In this document: piece after piece, positions 1-26,420 of the stretch
How the letters are laid out: each line of letters begins with the position of its first letter
Numbering within the stretch: the stretch's first letter is position 1
Source of the DNA: the human T2T-CHM13v2.0 reference genome, Homo sapiens
Assembly: GCF_009914755.1 (NCBI RefSeq)
Contig: NC_060927.1
Length of the DNA: 64,000 nucleotides
Strand: one strand, 5' to 3'
The notes under the pieces: generated by a model
Told to the model about the DNA's origin: nothing
Databases searched by the model: none
Seen by the model: the letters and a program-made list of their open reading frames with translations, nothing else
Made by a program: the position numbers and the translations under genes

Positions 1-1167
1 CAGAATCTCTCTGATCTACTTCTGCATCTTTGAAAAATATGGATAATGATACAGCCTGACCATTCTCCTTTGATCATACCACTTTTCTCATGGCATTTAA
101 TATGGCCTACTATAATTACACATGGCTTTATCTCCCCTGTAGACCAAACCAAGAGCTCCTGAGGGCAAAGGCCTTTGCTTATTTACTCTGAAACGCAGCC
201 CAGTGCCAGCTGTGCTAGCAGACACATTGTCAATGCCAGCTTCTACCCTTTCTGTTGGATTCCCACTTGCTATGAAAATCCTTTCCTTTGTTCTACAAAG
301 TACACTGTTCTTCAAATCATGAAGTAACCCAGTTTCAAAATTTTAGTTTTACTTTGTAAGTTTCAGCATATCTCTATCCCAGTATGGTGGGGTTTCTTGT
401 TGTTGTTGTTTTTGTTTTGTTTTGTTTTTAATATTGTAAATGTTATAGGTTTCAAAGATTATCTATTTGGGAACTTGGGCATAAACTCAACATATATACT
501 TCTCATGCTTCCAAGTACTGGAAGCATGTGGAATCTGAGTGGAAAAATCATTTAAATTTAGCTTTAAAAATTAAAAAATTAAATAACGTTGGGATCCAAA
601 GGAAAGACTCTTAAACTTTATGTTAACTGAACTTTCATTTCGGCCTTGTTTCCAATAGATTGAGAAAAAGATTGAATACCAAACAGCAACAAAAGCAGCC
701 CATGATGCATTTCAGTATCATCAGGGTGGCTGTGGGGCTGAATTGTAGGATTATGATAGCCAAAATTCTTTACAAAACTGAACACTACCCTGCTAGTTGA
801 TCGATTCAAACACAAAGTGTGAGCAGCAGTCAAAATTCCTTCTGTCCTAGAGAGAAGAAATGCCCTCAGGATGGAGGGCTGGAAAGAAAGCTCTCTGAGG
901 CGGCTGACTGCAATGAAGGTTGCCAGTGCCCCCCGACTCCACCCCAGCTCCTCCCAGTCACAACCACTCAGCAGGCTGGTAACCCAGAAAGAACGATCCA
1001 CATTGAAAACTGAGTCATCATGAGAAAGGCTCCATCACAGACAATGCAAATAAGGTACAGGACAAAGGAAGGAAAGGAATATTGCCAAGAAAAGGTCAAT
1101 GAAGACACACCAGACAGCCAGAGAGATTATGCTGGAAAGAATTGGAAAGTTATGAACCAACATTTTT

Positions 1168-1171
1168 CCTT

Positions 1172-1206
<35 letters not shown>

Positions 1207-1514
1207 TCTATTTATTTATTTATTTATTTTTGAGAGGAAGTCTTATTCTATTGCCCAGGCTGGAGTGCAGTGGCATGATCCTGGCTCACTGCAACCTTTG
1301 CCTCCTGGGTTCAAGCGATTCTCCTGCCTCAGCCTCCTGGAGTAGCTGGGACTACAGGTGTCCACCACCACGCCCAGATAATTTTTGTGTTTTTAGTAGA
1401 GATGGGGTTTTGCCGTGTTGGCCATGCTGGTCTCCAATCCCTGACCTCAGGTGATCTGCCCGCCTCGGCTTCCCAAAGTGCTGAGATTACAGGTGTGAGC
1501 CACTGCGCCCAGCC
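1168..1514 (-). mobile_element. AluS with a (TTTA)n tail
   Basis: Full dimer; flanks GAACCAA(C/T)ATTT. Confidence 0.95.
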
Positions 1515-1799
1515 TGAACCAATATTTCTCTATGAGACTTTAAAAAATAGGCATAGCCTCCCTGAAACAGGAACTCAAATAAGAAACAGGACAACAAGGG
1601 GAGATTAAAAGATAGCAAAGTTCAGGGAAGAAATGAAGTTCAAGAAGAGTGAGGCAATCCCGGAAACGGATGCCGCACTAAACAGCAATAAAGGAAGTGG
1701 AGACACTGATGGAAACACAACCAAATATATGGAGGACACATTCCAGAAAATCCCAGTGATTGGCTCAAGAAGGAGCACATGACTCACAGACATTAGCTG

Positions 1800-2590
1800 C
1801 AGACTTTCTGGAACAAAGCCCAAGAAAGCTATCAGAAGAAACATTCTCCCTGGCTAACATTATGTCGCCAGCTGCTACCACGGTGGAAGTCAGCCCAAAG
1901 ACAAGGCCACATAACAAGAAAACCCCAAGAGAAATGAAGGCAGAACCTGAGAACACCATGATCCTCTGAGTCAAACTGCACCCGAAGCCCACCAGACCTT
2001 CAGACTTTTCAGCTATGTGAATCACTAAATTCCTTTTATTTTAAAAAATTCATTAGAATAAGTTTTCCATTACTGGCAATTGAAAGCTTCTTGATACACT
2101 TAAGAACAGCTGAAATGAAAAAAGCAAAATGTTCGTAATTCTAAAACAATACATTGGGAAGGCAAACAACTGAAAAATTATTCAAAACAGGAGAATGTAG
2201 TAAGGTGGCTTATTATAAAATGGATTTATCAAAATCCAATATGAAAACAACATTTTATGTGCAGTAGGCACAATCCAATGGCCAACTCAAAATATACTCC
2301 CAATTCCCTTCTCCCACTGCCTCCACTAGAGGGACTGAGAAAGCTGAATGCTCTCTATTCCACAATTTCTCCTAACTAGGAGTGCCATGTAATACGGATC
2401 TGGCCAATGAGACAGGAACAGAAGTCTGCTTTGAGCTTCTGGGAAAGTTTTTGCTTTTCTTAATTAAAAAAGGCCAGATATGGCTCATGATATCTCATTT
2501 TCTCTCTCCTTGTCTTACTGCCTGGAATGCAAATGTGATGCCTGGAGATAAGGCAGCCATTTTGTGACTGTGACATGAAAAGCAGGAGAA
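1800..2590 (+). mobile_element. Two old MLT1-type MaLR LTR fragments (~1800-2098 and ~2260-2590)
   Basis: GACTTTTCAGCTATGTGAATCACTAAATTCC...TGATACA and GGCCAATGAGAC...GCAGCCATTTTGTGAC motifs. Confidence 0.55.
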
Positions 2591-2968
2591 GGCTACAAAA
2601 TAAACAACAGTGATTACCTCAGAAAAACTAGGAACTTGAGATGGGAGGGACTTTCTTCACAAACCGAGTTTTCTTTTTTTAAAAAACACATTTTATAACA
2701 TAAACTAGGAAATAAAATTATTTTGGAAATATAAAGGAAAGATTATTAGGGTTTGCTTGCAGTAGTTAGGAGGTTTCTGAGAGGGGAAGAGTAAAAGTTG
2801 GGAAAGCGAGGCAGCAGAGTAAAAGGTGATCAAGCTATGAAAACAACATGAGCCAGGAGTTTACTGAAGCAGAGTTTTTCAAAGTAGAAAGCAGTAGAAT
2901 ATACGAGTGAAAAGATAAAGGGGGCTGGAGGATGAGGATAAGCCAGACAGAAATCAGACCTGACTCTA

Positions 2969-4075
<1,107 letters not shown>

Positions 4076-4786
4076 CTACTTTTGGATAGGGAGGTAATCA
4101 AGAGAGCACTCTATGGGGAGTCCAAAGACCTGGACTCTGGTTTCAAGTCTACCTCTAGCTCCCATGTGGCCCTGGGCAATCACCTCTGCTTTCTGAAGCT
4201 CAGCATGCTCGTCTGTAAAATAAGGGAATTGGACCAAAAATTCGCTACAGTCCTTTTCAATTCTAAATTCTGTGAATAGTTTACTTCAGCCTTGGAGCTG
4301 GCAGGGACGGTGGCTGAGAGAAGAATCTGGGGACCAGGGCTGGAGAATCAGGGCTGAATAACGTGGGACTGTGCAGTAAGGGGTCACCCATGAAACCTGG
4401 AGTGTGTATCCATCTAATAACACCATTTACATTCTTGAATATTCCGGAAGTCCTACACTTAGGAACAGGTACTACCAAATTCCCTATTTGCCCTGAATAT
4501 GGGGACACATAAGAGCTATAGTAACTATAAAACATGTTTTATAGATCTTTTTTAAAATTGTGTAATTAGTGCCTTAATATGTATGACAAAGAGTAAAAAT
4601 TCATCCAGCACGCCATGATCTTCAGCCAATTCATACCAGTAACTAGTGATCAGGCATCCCAATTTTCTTTTCTCTATTTTTTTTTTTGAGATAAGGTCTG
4701 GCTCTATCACCCAGGCTGGAGTGCAGCAGCAACTACTAGAGATTGTCTTAAATGTCTCTAGTTAATTTCTAAATCATTTTGATTAA

Positions 4787-5154
<368 letters not shown>

Positions 5155-5427
5155 AACATCTTAATCCACTCTAAAAAGTCCCCCATATTGAAATCCCAAC
5201 ATGCCTTCATACACCTGCAGCTTCACCAAAGCAACTTCACACTGTGCTGCCAGCCACAGCCTGAGGCTGAGTGACTCCGGAGTGGCAGAAAGAGCCTGCT
5301 GAGCAGCTGTGGGGGAAGAGGGCATCCAGCATTGCTCCCTGCAAAGGAAGCCAAGTCCTGACCATGCCTGAAGGCGCCTGACAAAGTCTCCACAGAACAC
5401 CACGGCCAGGAGAGGCTGTGACAGCAC

Positions 5428-6400
5428 TCATTCATTCAGCATATATTTACTGATCACCTCCCAGGTGCCAGGCACTGTGCTAGGCACTGGAGATTCCACA
5501 GTCAACAAAATGAGACAAAACTCCCTCTTTTCGTGAGCTGCACATTCTAGTGTATGTGAAAGACAAATGAGAGAAATCAAAATAAAGCAGGAAAGTGCAA
5601 GCAAGGCACAGGTAGGGGCAAGAGACAAGGAAGGCTGCTCTGAGAAGGTGCCTCTGAGTGACGACAGGAAGGGAGGACACAATCCCCGAGGATTAGAAAG
5701 TTCATTCTGGGCCGGGCGCGGTGGCTCACGCCTGTAATCCCAACACTTTGGGAGGCCGAGGCGGGCGGATCACGAGGTCAGGAGATCGAGACCATCCTGG
5801 CTAACACAGTGAAACCCCGTCTCTACTAAAAATACAAAAAAAATTAGCCAGGCATGGTAGTGGGCGCCTGTAGTCCCAGCTACTCGGGAGGCTGAGGCAG
5901 GAGAGTGGCGTGAACCCGGGAGGCGGAGCTTGCAGTGAGCCGAGATGTGCCGCTGCACTCCAGCCTGGGTGAGAGCGAGACTGCGCCTCAAAAAAAAAAA
6001 AAAAAAGAAAGTTCATTCTGTGCTGCGGGAAAGCACATGCAAAGGCCCCGAGGCAGGAGGAGGCCAGCGTGACTTACAGGTCATGGAAGAGCCACAGTTC
6101 TTATCTCTGCATGAGATGGGAAGCTCCTGGAGGGCTTCCGAACAGAGCATGGCCAGAATCTGAGTTCCCATTTTAAAGGCCCACTCCAGCACCAGCGTGG
6201 AGAACAGAGAGAAAGGAGATGGAGTTAGAAACGGGAAAGCAGCTATCTGTGGACTAGGGTGCTAGTCACAGTGATGGCAAAAAGTGATCAGATGTGAGAT
6301 ATATCTGAAGGCAGAACAAACAGAATTTGCTAGCAGACAGTTTGAGATGTGAGAGAAACAGAATCGAGGATGACTGTAAACTTTCTGGGCTCCATAAAAG
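5428..6400 (-). mobile_element. L2 relic split by the AluY at 5710-6006
   Basis: TCATTCATTCAGCATATATTTACTGA...GTGCCAGGCACTGTGCTAGGCACTGGAGAT, the typical L2 3' end reversed. Confidence 0.75.
5710..6006 (+). mobile_element. AluY with target duplication AGAAAGTTCATTCTG
   Basis: AluY diagnostic positions; 15-bp direct flanks. Confidence 0.95.
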
Positions 6401-7581
6401 ACAAATGCATATCTGGACATAATTACTACTCACACTGGACACAGGCTTGGAAATCCAGAGCCAAAGACATTCTGTAAACACCAAAAGGGCATCTCTAAGG
6501 ACCTGAAAACCTACAGGCTTCTAAGGCTCCTTAAAACTCCAACCTTACAAAGAAATTCACTGTAATAAGTAGTTACTTACAAAACATGAATGCTACAACC
6601 CTCCTCTGTGCTCCCCTCCACTCCGGTGTGCATGCGCTCTCCTATCTGCGGCGCCTGCTCTCAGGTTCCCCCTCTCCAGCCTCCTTCCTGACTCCGCTTC
6701 CTCATTCCACACACCTTGATGCAGATCTTCTCCAAAGATCTAGCCTCATTTGCCCTTTCTTCTATCTCTACAGTCTTTCACTCAGCAATCTCAATCACTT
6801 CCAGCAACCATCTCTTCAAAGAAAAAGACCCCATAAATTTCTATCTCTGGCCTCTTTGCACCACAGGTTGAGAATTCAAATTACATCCTTGATGCTACTA
6901 CTTAATATGCCTGCCGCATCTCAAACTCACAAAGCCCTACACTGAGACTCCAATCTTCCCATCTCTTTGGCTAAAGCCAGGGGCTTATGACTGAGTGACA
7001 GGTTACAGAGCTTGGGCTTCATTCCATAGGTTAACATGGTGCAAAATACGATTGCTGAGCTTTGCAATGATCTGTCCTTATCTTTCCTTCTGAACGTTCA
7101 TACATGTTATCTGTTTAACCTCTTTAGCATGTCACCTTCTACCTTTATATTACGTACCTTTATATTAGGTAAATTGTGACATATACTATTTACATATTGA
7201 CATATAGTATATGCTATGATCATTTATCATATACCATTTATCTGCATGTTTTATCTTACCTATTAGGCTATATCACCATTTAGGACCTATTGGATTTACC
7301 TTTACATAACTTCTGTGTACTACCAGTGTACAGGTGCTGCCCATAGAAAGGCCTCAATAAACATTTGTTTGATACAAAACACATGTGTAGAAGACCATGG
7401 AAAGCGACCAAACATCAAAGCCATCTCATTACAAATTTCTTCAAAAGGTGCTTCCTTTAAAACTCCCCCAGTATCATTATCCCTTGGGTTACATTTTCTT
7501 TGTTCTACAATTAACAAACGTTCCTTACAAATAGAGAACCTTTCTGACTCATTTCATGAGGGTCTCAAATTTCTATCTTCT

Positions 7582-10808
<3,227 letters not shown>

Positions 10809-11004
10809 TTAAGGAGAGTCGACAGCAGCTGCCCCCGTCCTTAAGACCACAGTCAGGACTCAAGCACAAAAAGTGTTTTCATGAAGTAATGAGGCTTTAG
10901 ATAAACATACCACACTTTTCTTTGCAATACTATTTTGCAAATTAATTAATTTCAATTAAGAAATGTCAATTAAGAAAATGTGAAAATCAAAAGAACATTT
11001 TTAC

Positions 11005-11083
11005 CATGGTGCAGACCTGGATGTCTCCAACTTTTGAGTGCACAGGACTCAGGGATTTTGTCAAAATGCGTATTCTCAGTCAT
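11005..11083 (-). CDS. VGLL4: VGLL4 alternative N-terminal coding segment MTENTHFDKIPESCALKSWRHPGLHH plus 1 nt (phase 1)
   Basis: ATG at 11083, 26 codons + G, donor ATG|GTAAAA in the same phase as exon 2; in-frame upstream TAG at 11119-11117. The peptide matches my recall of an annotated VGLL4 isoform N-terminus (not verified). Candidate acceptor ...CCCACAG|CGTC at 11138/11137. Confidence 0.75.
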
Positions 11084-11165
11084 CAGTTCCGCAGCGAGGA
11101 CTACGATTCTGCATTTCTAACAAGTTCCCAGGTGACGCTGTGGGCCACATGTAAGTAACAAAGAG
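11015..11165 (-). mobile_element. MER5-family (hAT-Charlie) DNA transposon relic hosting the alternative VGLL4 exon
   Basis: Minus strand GTCACCTGGGAACTTGTTAGAAATGCAGAATC...GCATTTTGACAAAATCCC...GCACTCAAAAGTTGGAGA resembles the MER5A1/MER5B consensus. Confidence 0.8.
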
Positions 11166-11175
11166 GTAGAAAACA

Positions 11176-11397
11176 CAGTTGTCCCTCAGTATTCGCCGGG
11201 GATTGGTCCCAGGACCCCCAGGTGTACAAAAATCCATGCATACTCAAGTTTCGCAGTCTGCCCTGCAGAGCCCACCTGTATGAAAAGTCAAGGGTTCCAC
11301 ATCCCACAAATACTCTATTCTTGATCTGCTTTGAAAAACATTCCCATATGGGGTGGTGGACCCTCACAGATCAAACATGTTGCTCAAGGGTCAACTG
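11176..11397 (+). mobile_element. MER8-like (TcMar-Tigger) MITE
   Basis: Ends CAGTTGTCCCTC...AAGGGTCAACTG are terminal inverted repeats, followed by TA; the interior resembles MER8. Confidence 0.8.
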
Positions 11398-12689
11398 TAT
11401 ATGCCAGGCAGCAATATGCTTCCTAAAGGGACTCATTCTGAAGATATGTGATCTAAAAATTCACTTTTTTTTTTTAAATAACTTCAACTGGGAAAATTCC
11501 ACGAAGCCAGACCCTGGGCTCAAAGCCCAGGATCCCAGCCACACATCTCTTAAAAATAGGTTTTCAAAATGCCTTGCATTTTTTAAAAAAGAATAGCATA
11601 TTTGCCTAAAATTCTAGCCAAAATGCTTGATATTCACCACTCTATTATTATTTTTTGACTAACTTCTTCCTTGTTCAGTTCTCACTTCCTCCTCGCCTGT
11701 CACTAAGCTGAGTCACAAAGCTGTCAACGCTCTGCTGCTTGCCAGGTAGATGCAACTCCTTTCTCCATTTGTTTATCTCCTGCAAAGCGGAATAATTTTT
11801 CTAAATTCACTCAGATTCCCAGTGGCACACAGTATCATGCAGAACAGTTGTGGAATTAGGAAACCAACAAGAAATTTTGTACTTCCTGAAATTTTGTGGT
11901 TACTTCAAATCATCATCCTGTAAAGATAACAAGGATGAGTCCCTTTGCAAAGCAAAAATGCTAGTTAACTACAAAACTGGAATTTAAGTACGGAAGGTCA
12001 ATTTCAAATGAATTCACAATGCAAAAATCTTTCAGACACCTGAGAAGTAACTTGACTATTGAACACTGTACTCGTAGAGTTAAAATAGCTCAAGAAGAAC
12101 GCATATGCTTCTATTTAGTGTTTTTTTTAATCCTGTTGCAAATTCTACTATTCTAGTATTTTCTTATGTTTAAAAATATCTTAATTCTCATTTACTATCC
12201 CTGGAGCAATATCCCTGGCAAATTCTTCATAATTCCCCATGAGTCTTCCAGCACAGATGCAGCTTTCCAAGTCAAAATTTGTACAAACATCATCTGTCAA
12301 ACTTCTGCAAGGTAATGACATACTCATCCTGAGCTGTCACCTCCCCTTGCAGAGACTTTGCTAAAATTCTTAGCATAGCAAGGACTTTCAAACAGCTTTC
12401 TCCAGCCCATTCACTGTACAGGTGAGGACACGGAGAACCGGTAACTTGCTTTACTTCTACAAAAATGCTACAATGCAAATTTATAATGCTACGGAAAAGA
12501 TTATCCTGGCTTCTTCACTTATGCATTTTCTAATAATCTACAGAAGGCAGAGACAGCCAATGATGAGAAATAAAAGCTCTCTATTTATAAACACGTACCT
12601 AAGAAGCTACTAATAAAAAATTCTATAAAAGGAAAACGAGAACACTGAACTCTCTATCATATTTGAAAAAGAAAGGGCAGACATCGCAC

Positions 12690-13990
<1,301 letters not shown>

Positions 13991-14784
13991 AGTGACCCCG
14001 GAAAGAGGACCACATGAGACACAGCACATGGGAGAAAAGTGAAGGATTCCCCAGAACGAACGCGAAGAGGGATCCCAGCATGGCACTTGTGTGTCCCAGA
14101 CACGGAACTGCGGCTAGAGAGCCAAGACACAATCCCCGAGAGTTACTCTGTGCAGTCACTGTGCTAAGCAGTGCACAGACAGCATCTCATTTAAATTCTA
14201 CAATAAGCCTGGAGATCAGCAATTATTAGCTGCTATTATGGGAATTTTAAAGATGGGGAAAGAGTCAGCTAGGTTAATCTCCCCACTGTCACACAGCTTT
14301 ACATGGCAGAGATGAAAATTCAAACCCAGGCCTGCCACCCTTTTACACCTACACACGTGTCCACTGCAGGATTCTGTGAGATAAAACAGAAACCTGGAAA
14401 TGTGAAGGAAAGAAAGGAAACACGGATTAAAAAGGCAAAGAGGACAGACACAAGAAACGGGACACCCAGGAAGAGATGAGCGATGGGTGTTATGCTGTTC
14501 TGTATTTATTTCCTATTTTAATGATTTTTCCAAATTGAAAAAGGAAGGGGAGAAATATAAGTGAACAGGAGGAGAAGAAAGTAATAAGGGGGGGAAATGG
14601 AAAGACATAGGAAAAAGACATGAGACTAAGGAATACCACTGGAATGACACTCTTTGGCATTCAGAAAGTGTAGTCTTAAATAGCATATTCTCCCTCGATG
14701 ATGTGAAGTGATACATCTCATTCATTACTAAATGTTCAAATCCAAGGGATTCCCAAATTCCTTCCAACCATCTTTTCGGTTTTA

Positions 14785-18412
<3,628 letters not shown>

Positions 18413-18543
18413 ATATACATACATTCTCCCTCTTTGTTTATGTTGGAAATTTTTTATAATAAAAAAAATTTAAGTACATTAAGTTTTAAAACAACTCATA
18501 GCAAAGGAATATTCCTAAGAAGTGCCATCTAATTTTGTAAGTA

Positions 18544-20023
<1,480 letters not shown>

Positions 20024-20778
20024 TACTCCCTGTTATAACCACGAGCTGTTTTCCACAGCAGCATGGTCATCACTATCCCCAGACACCACCAAATTTACAT
20101 CTACTCAGAGAAATAATTATATTCAATTTAAAATTTTAAATAAGTACTACACAAAGATACTCTGGAAGGTCAAAAGCCGCATCATCCTTGGCCTGAGGAA
20201 ATCAAGATGATCACAGGGCTGTGCGGGAGACCAGTAGTGCCAAAACACAAGGTCCAGTAACACACTAAGACGAATCCCAGGAAGACAGCGGGAGGACATC
20301 GCACAACGTCTCAGTGCACACCATTCAGCCACTCTTTTCTCACCCACACACTGATGCCAACTTCCTGAGTAACATTCCGAGTAAAACGTGCACGACTCAC
20401 TCCAGACAGTCCACTTAGTGTCCACCCACACTCACGTGGCATAATGGAAAGGACGCCTGCTAGGAAGTCAGCCAGGCCTGGTTTCCCATCCCATCTCTGC
20501 CACCGACTTGCTGTGAGACCCCAGGCAAGCTGCGAGCCCTGCAAAGCAGAGATGAAGCTTCTCACCTCAGCACTTAGTATGGCACCTGGTGTGGCACAGG
20601 CACGCGATGAGTATCTGTTGAGTGAATGGGAGGGTGGCGGAATCCCCGCCGTGAAGCTGCCTACACGATTTCAATGGGAGCCTCCCACTCCCCCGCCCCC
20701 ACGCCTCCCTTCCCTTCTCTTTCTATGGGTCTCTGCCTTCCCTCCCTCAGAAACGTGCTAGTCCCATGGCGTTCATAA

Positions 20779-21172
<394 letters not shown>

Positions 21173-21229
21173 TAGGCTCGGCGTTGGGAGCCCGCTGTGA
21201 TACAGCCCGTCGGCTCATGGAGGAGCTGA

Positions 21230-21465
21230 CCTTCCACCGGGCACCATGGGCACAGGGCCTTGGGCCCACAGCACTTTTGGGGCCCATGAAAATTGTTTGT
21301 TTCCACAATCTCAGAAGAAAAAACATGAACTATTAGGATGAAAAAAATGTTTTACTATATAGTATTAATATTTCATTTGCATACCAATGCAGTTGTAAAA
21401 TATAATTTGTAATATCTTTTTAATGAAGGAAGGGGCCTACAGAGGCACAGATGCCTCAGGCTCAT
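21230..21465. mobile_element. Old hAT-type MITE (family uncertain)
   Basis: GGGCCC-rich ends around an AT-rich core. Confidence 0.45.
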
Positions 21466-21931
21466 GAGTGTCGGATGCAGCCCAAGGAAACACATGCTAA
21501 GGATGGAATGCAAAGGAGCCAGCGAGTAAGATTCGAGAAGGGCGTTTCAGGCAGGGAGCATAGCTGCTGCACAGGTCCTGAAACAGGGCGACGGCCATAA
21601 CAGTGCGAGGGAAACAGGTGACATGACAAAGGCCGGGTGTGGCCACATCTCCAAGGCATAAAGACAAAGTGGGACACAGTTAAAAATGATACGGGATTTA
21701 GGCCGGGCACAGTGGCTCACACCTGTAATCCCAGCACTTTGGGAGGCCAAGTGTGTGGATCACTTGAGGTCAGGAGTTCGAGACCAGTCTGGCCAACAAG
21801 GCGAAATGCTGTCTCTAATAAAATTACAAAAATTAGCCAGGTGTGGCCGGGTGCAGTGGCTCACGCCTGTAATCCTAGCACTTTGGGAGGCTGAGGCAGG
21901 TGGATCACTTGAGGTCAGGAGTTTGAGATCA

Positions 21932-22211
<280 letters not shown>

Positions 22212-22935
22212 TCACTCGAGCCCAGGAGGTGGAAGCTGCAATGAGCCAAGATCTCACAATTGCACTCCAGCTTGTGTGACAGAGTGAGACTTTCTCCGAT
22301 GAAGAATATAACTTTCTCTGATGCTATTGAAATGCCTCCTTTCAATAGCGATGGAAAGTGGAAGAGTACCAGGAGTAGTTACAAGGTGTAGATTTCCACA
22401 TAATTGAACTTGTCCAACTCCTAAAACTGTTTAATAACGGACAGTTTAGTGAAGTAACAAACTTTCCATCTCTTACATCCAAGCAGAGGATAGAAGCCAA
22501 ATGTCAGGAATCTTGCAAAGGGAACCCTGCATAAAAAGGAAGATTGAACAAGAGGACAATCAAGGTCCTATCCATTCCTACAGGCCTAAATTAGCATCTT
22601 CTGCATGGAAGTCTTCAAAGGGAAGCAGAGGTTTCCTGCAAGTGGGGCAAATTAAACTACACGAGAGGCCAGGCGCGGTGGTTCACACCTGTAATCCCAG
22701 AACTTTGGGAGGCCGAGGTGGGCAGATCACCTGAGGTCAGGAGTTCAAGACCAAATGGCCAACATGGTGAAATGCTGTCTCTACTAAAAATACAAAAACC
22801 AGCCGAGCGTGGTGGTGGGCACCTGTAATCCCAGCTACTCGGGAGGCTGAGGCAGGAGAATTGCTTGAACCTGGGAAGCGGAGGTTGCAGTGAGCCGAGA
22901 TCACAACAGAGCGAGACTCTGTCTCAAAAAAATAA

Positions 22936-23292
22936 AACAAACCACATGAGATATGACCTTACCCCAATCAGAATGGCCATTTATTAAAAAGTCAGGAAAC
23001 AATAGATGTTGGCATAGACATGGTGAAAAGGGAACACTTAAATACTACTGGTGGGATAATAAATTAGTACAACCTCTATGGAAAGCAGTATAGAGATTTC
23101 TCAAAGAACTAAAAGTAGATCTGCCATTCAATCCAGCAATCCCACTACTGGGTATCTACCAAAAGGAAAAGAAGTCCTTATATTAAAAAGACACCTGCAT
23201 GTGTACATTTGTTGCAACACAATTCACAATTGCAAAGATACTGAATCAACTTCAGTGCTCATCAATCGATGAGTGGATAAAGAAAATGCGAT
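22936..23292 (+). mobile_element. L1 fragment from the 3' end of ORF2
   Basis: GGAAAGCAGTATAGAGATTTCTCAAAGAACTAAAAGTAGATCTGCCATTCAATCCAGCAATCCCACTACTGGG. Confidence 0.85.
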
Positions 23293-23348
23293 GTGATAAC
23301 CTGAGGTCAAAAGTTCGAGACCAGCCTAGCCAACGAAACCCTGTGTCA

Positions 23349-23519
<171 letters not shown>

Positions 23520-23689
23520 TCAACCTTGTAAAAATAACTCAACTCTTACCTTTGATTATGGCATCCTGTAATGAAAATTTTAAATCCTATATATTCTAAA
23601 GGTTTTACTTTTTAACTTCTGGATATTAGTCTTACTTAAGGACTTCCCAGACAGGTATGATGGATCACACCTGTAATCCCAGAACTTTA

Positions 23690-23924
<235 letters not shown>

Positions 23925-24083
23925 TCACAAAGAAAAAGGAAGGACTTCCCTACCACAAGTTTGTTATTATAATATATATGAAGAATATAAACTTTTAAAT
24001 ATATGGTTAAGTTCTTTAATCCATATGAAATTTATTTTGGATAGATTTTGGGATGGAAATTTATGCTAACAAATTTAGCATGA

Positions 24084-24407
<324 letters not shown>

Positions 24408-24446
24408 TAACTTTCTTCCAAATAACTGGCCAACTGTTTCAACCTT

Positions 24447-24450
<4 letters not shown>

Positions 24451-24487
<37 letters not shown>
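24451..24487 (+). repeat. (TG)18 microsatellite
   Basis: Direct reading. Confidence 0.97.
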
Positions 24488-24490
<3 letters not shown>

Positions 24491-24569
24491 CAGAAAAGTA
24501 AAATTTCTATTTTCATTTGCAATTCCTTTTGGTTTTCTTTTCCGTTTGTTTGCTTTTTGAGTTTTTTGT

Positions 24570-25368
<799 letters not shown>

Positions 25369-26420
25369 TGAAAAGATAATCTACAAAATGGGAGAAAATA
25401 TTTGCAAATCATTCATCTGATGAGAGTCTAGTAGCCAGAATAGATAAAGAATTGTTACAACTCAACAACAGAAAGACAACAACTCAACTCAAAAATGGGC
25501 AAAGCAAGAGGTCAAGGCGGTGGTGAGCTATGATCGCACTGCTGCACTCTAGCTTGGGTGACAGAGCGAGACTCCATCTCAAAAAAAAAGCTTTTTTAAA
25601 TGGGCAAAGCACTTAAACAGTCATTTTTCCAAATCAGCTATACAAATAGCCAACCGGCACATGCAAACATGCTCAACATCACTAATCATTAGGCAAATAC
25701 AAATCAAAACAACGAGATACCACCTCACGCTTACTAGGATAGCTACTATTTAAAAAACAAAATAACAAATGTTGGTGAGGATGTGGAGAAATTGGAACCC
25801 TTGTGTATGGGAATGTAAAATGGTCCAGTCTCTATGGAAAACAGTAGGGCAGTTCCTCAAAAAATTTTTAAAAAATTTCCATATGATCCAGCAGCTCTGC
25901 TTCTGGGTATATACCGAAAAGAACTGAAAGCAGGCTCTCAGAAAAAATATTTGCACACTCATGTTCATAGCAGCATTATTCACTTGGGTCTGTTGATCTG
26001 TCCATCCACAGATAAATGAACAGTGGCCTATACATACAATGGAATATTATTTCATCCTAAAAATGAAGGAAATCCTGATACATGCTACAATATGGATGAA
26101 CCTTGAGGATATTATGGTAAATGAAGTCAGTCAGTCACAAAAAGTCAAATATCGTATGATTCCACATATATGAAGTACCCAGAATAGTCAAATTCCTAGA
26201 GACAGTGGAGCAGTGGTTGCCAGGGGCTGGTAAATGGGGAAATGGGGAGTTATGTGTTCAAAGGATGTAGACTTTCAGTTTTACACAATGAAAAGAGTTA
26301 TGGATGGGTGGTGGTGATGGTTGCCCATCACATGTATTTAATACCACTGAACTGTACACTTAAAATGGTTAAGATGGTAAATTTCATGTTATGTGTATTT
26401 CATCACAATAAAAAACAATT
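25369..26420 (+). mobile_element. L1MB-type 3' fragment (ORF2 end + 3'UTR)
   Basis: ATGGGAGAAAATATTTGCAAATC...ATGGATGAACCTTGAGGA...ACTGAACTGTACACTTAAAATGGTTAAGATGG. Confidence 0.85.

Noticed and set aside
504-528. 10-bp stem hairpin CATGCTTCCA-AGTAC-TGGAAGCATG
   Set aside because: Isolated and too short for a pre-miRNA; plausible by chance or local repair.
11707-11716. AP-1/ARE-like GCTGAGTCAC ~600 bp upstream of the MER5 exon
   Set aside because: Similar motifs recur several times in the window, including inside Alus; not informative without chromatin data.
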